Under the pieces are notes generated by a model that was not told the DNA's origin, did no database searches, and was given only the letters and a program-made list of their open reading frames with translations. A stretch of 64,000 nucleotides of DNA from Pseudomonadota bacterium (GTDB lineage Bacteria > Pseudomonadota > Alphaproteobacteria > RF32 > CAG-239). The position numbers and the translations under genes were made by a program. The stretch is taken from NCBI GenBank assembly GCA_030523245.1, contig JAUNIW010000003.1, forward strand, positions 1,023 through 65,022, in the 5' to 3' direction. Positions 63,845 to 64,000 of this stretch are shown in pieces; the first letter of the stretch is position 1; every line of letters begins with the position of its first letter.

Positions 63845-64000
63845 TATTTCTTCCTCCGGATGAGACGCAGAATATCATAAAAATCTACGATGTTAAATAT
63901 TTTAGCGAAAATAAGGAAAAAAGCAAGTGCAAACAAACCTAATCCGCATAAGGACAAGAGCAACAGCCACTTTGAGCCGTAAATCCAGTCCGGATAAAAT
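63844..64000 (-). CDS. 3' end of a membrane protein gene continuing beyond the window
   Basis: The minus-strand frame is open from the window edge: ...FYPDWIYGSKWLLLLSLCGLGLFALAFFLIFAKIFNIVDFYDILRLIRRKK*. A TAATG junction joins it to the downstream gene. Confidence 0.5.
   Translation of the reverse strand, partial: FYPDWIYGSKWLLLLSLCGLGLFALAFFLIFAKIFNIVDFYDILRLIRRKK

Overview
AT-rich, gene-dense chromosomal segment with about 60 protein genes. I recognised no rRNA or tRNA genes, no CRISPR array and no IS or transposase. Gene content and local synteny look alphaproteobacterial, probably from a reduced or host-associated lineage. Supporting blocks are dusB(nifR3)-trkA, mnmE-mnmG-rsmG-parA-parB, rluD-rpoH, atpI-B-E-F'-F, and alpha-type addB-addA next to trxA. 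Most of the window is housekeeping: typA, dnaE, tgt, fba, aroK, rph, rdgB, rplQ, gloB, nfu, xerD, a tripartite RND efflux pump and an ABC exporter.

Three things stand out:
1. A tightly packed five-gene minus-strand operon at 20570-27783 ends in an intact VirD4/TraG-type type IV coupling ATPase. The four genes upstream of it are unrecognisable. Two of them share a paralogous membrane domain, and one also carries an extreme charged linker plus a NERD/PD-(D/E)XK-like C-terminal domain. No T4SS channel, relaxase or integrase gene lies anywhere in the 64 kb.
2. The partition locus carries three perfect canonical parS palindromes embedded in VSRET codons. It also carries 11 same-strand copies of a 9-mer, GTATTTAAA (extended CRSTGTATTTAAA), confined to 9.6-14.8 kb. 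This second motif is unexplained. It lies over coding sequence in two reading frames and also occurs in intergenic DNA.
3. A GC-rich, hairpin-rich ~130-nt element at 20330-20460 sits between the coupling-protein operon and the dnaE-linked gene, followed by a bidirectional terminator.

Smaller oddities are listed as separate findings. All similarity calls are by eye from remembered family motifs; nothing was searched or computed.
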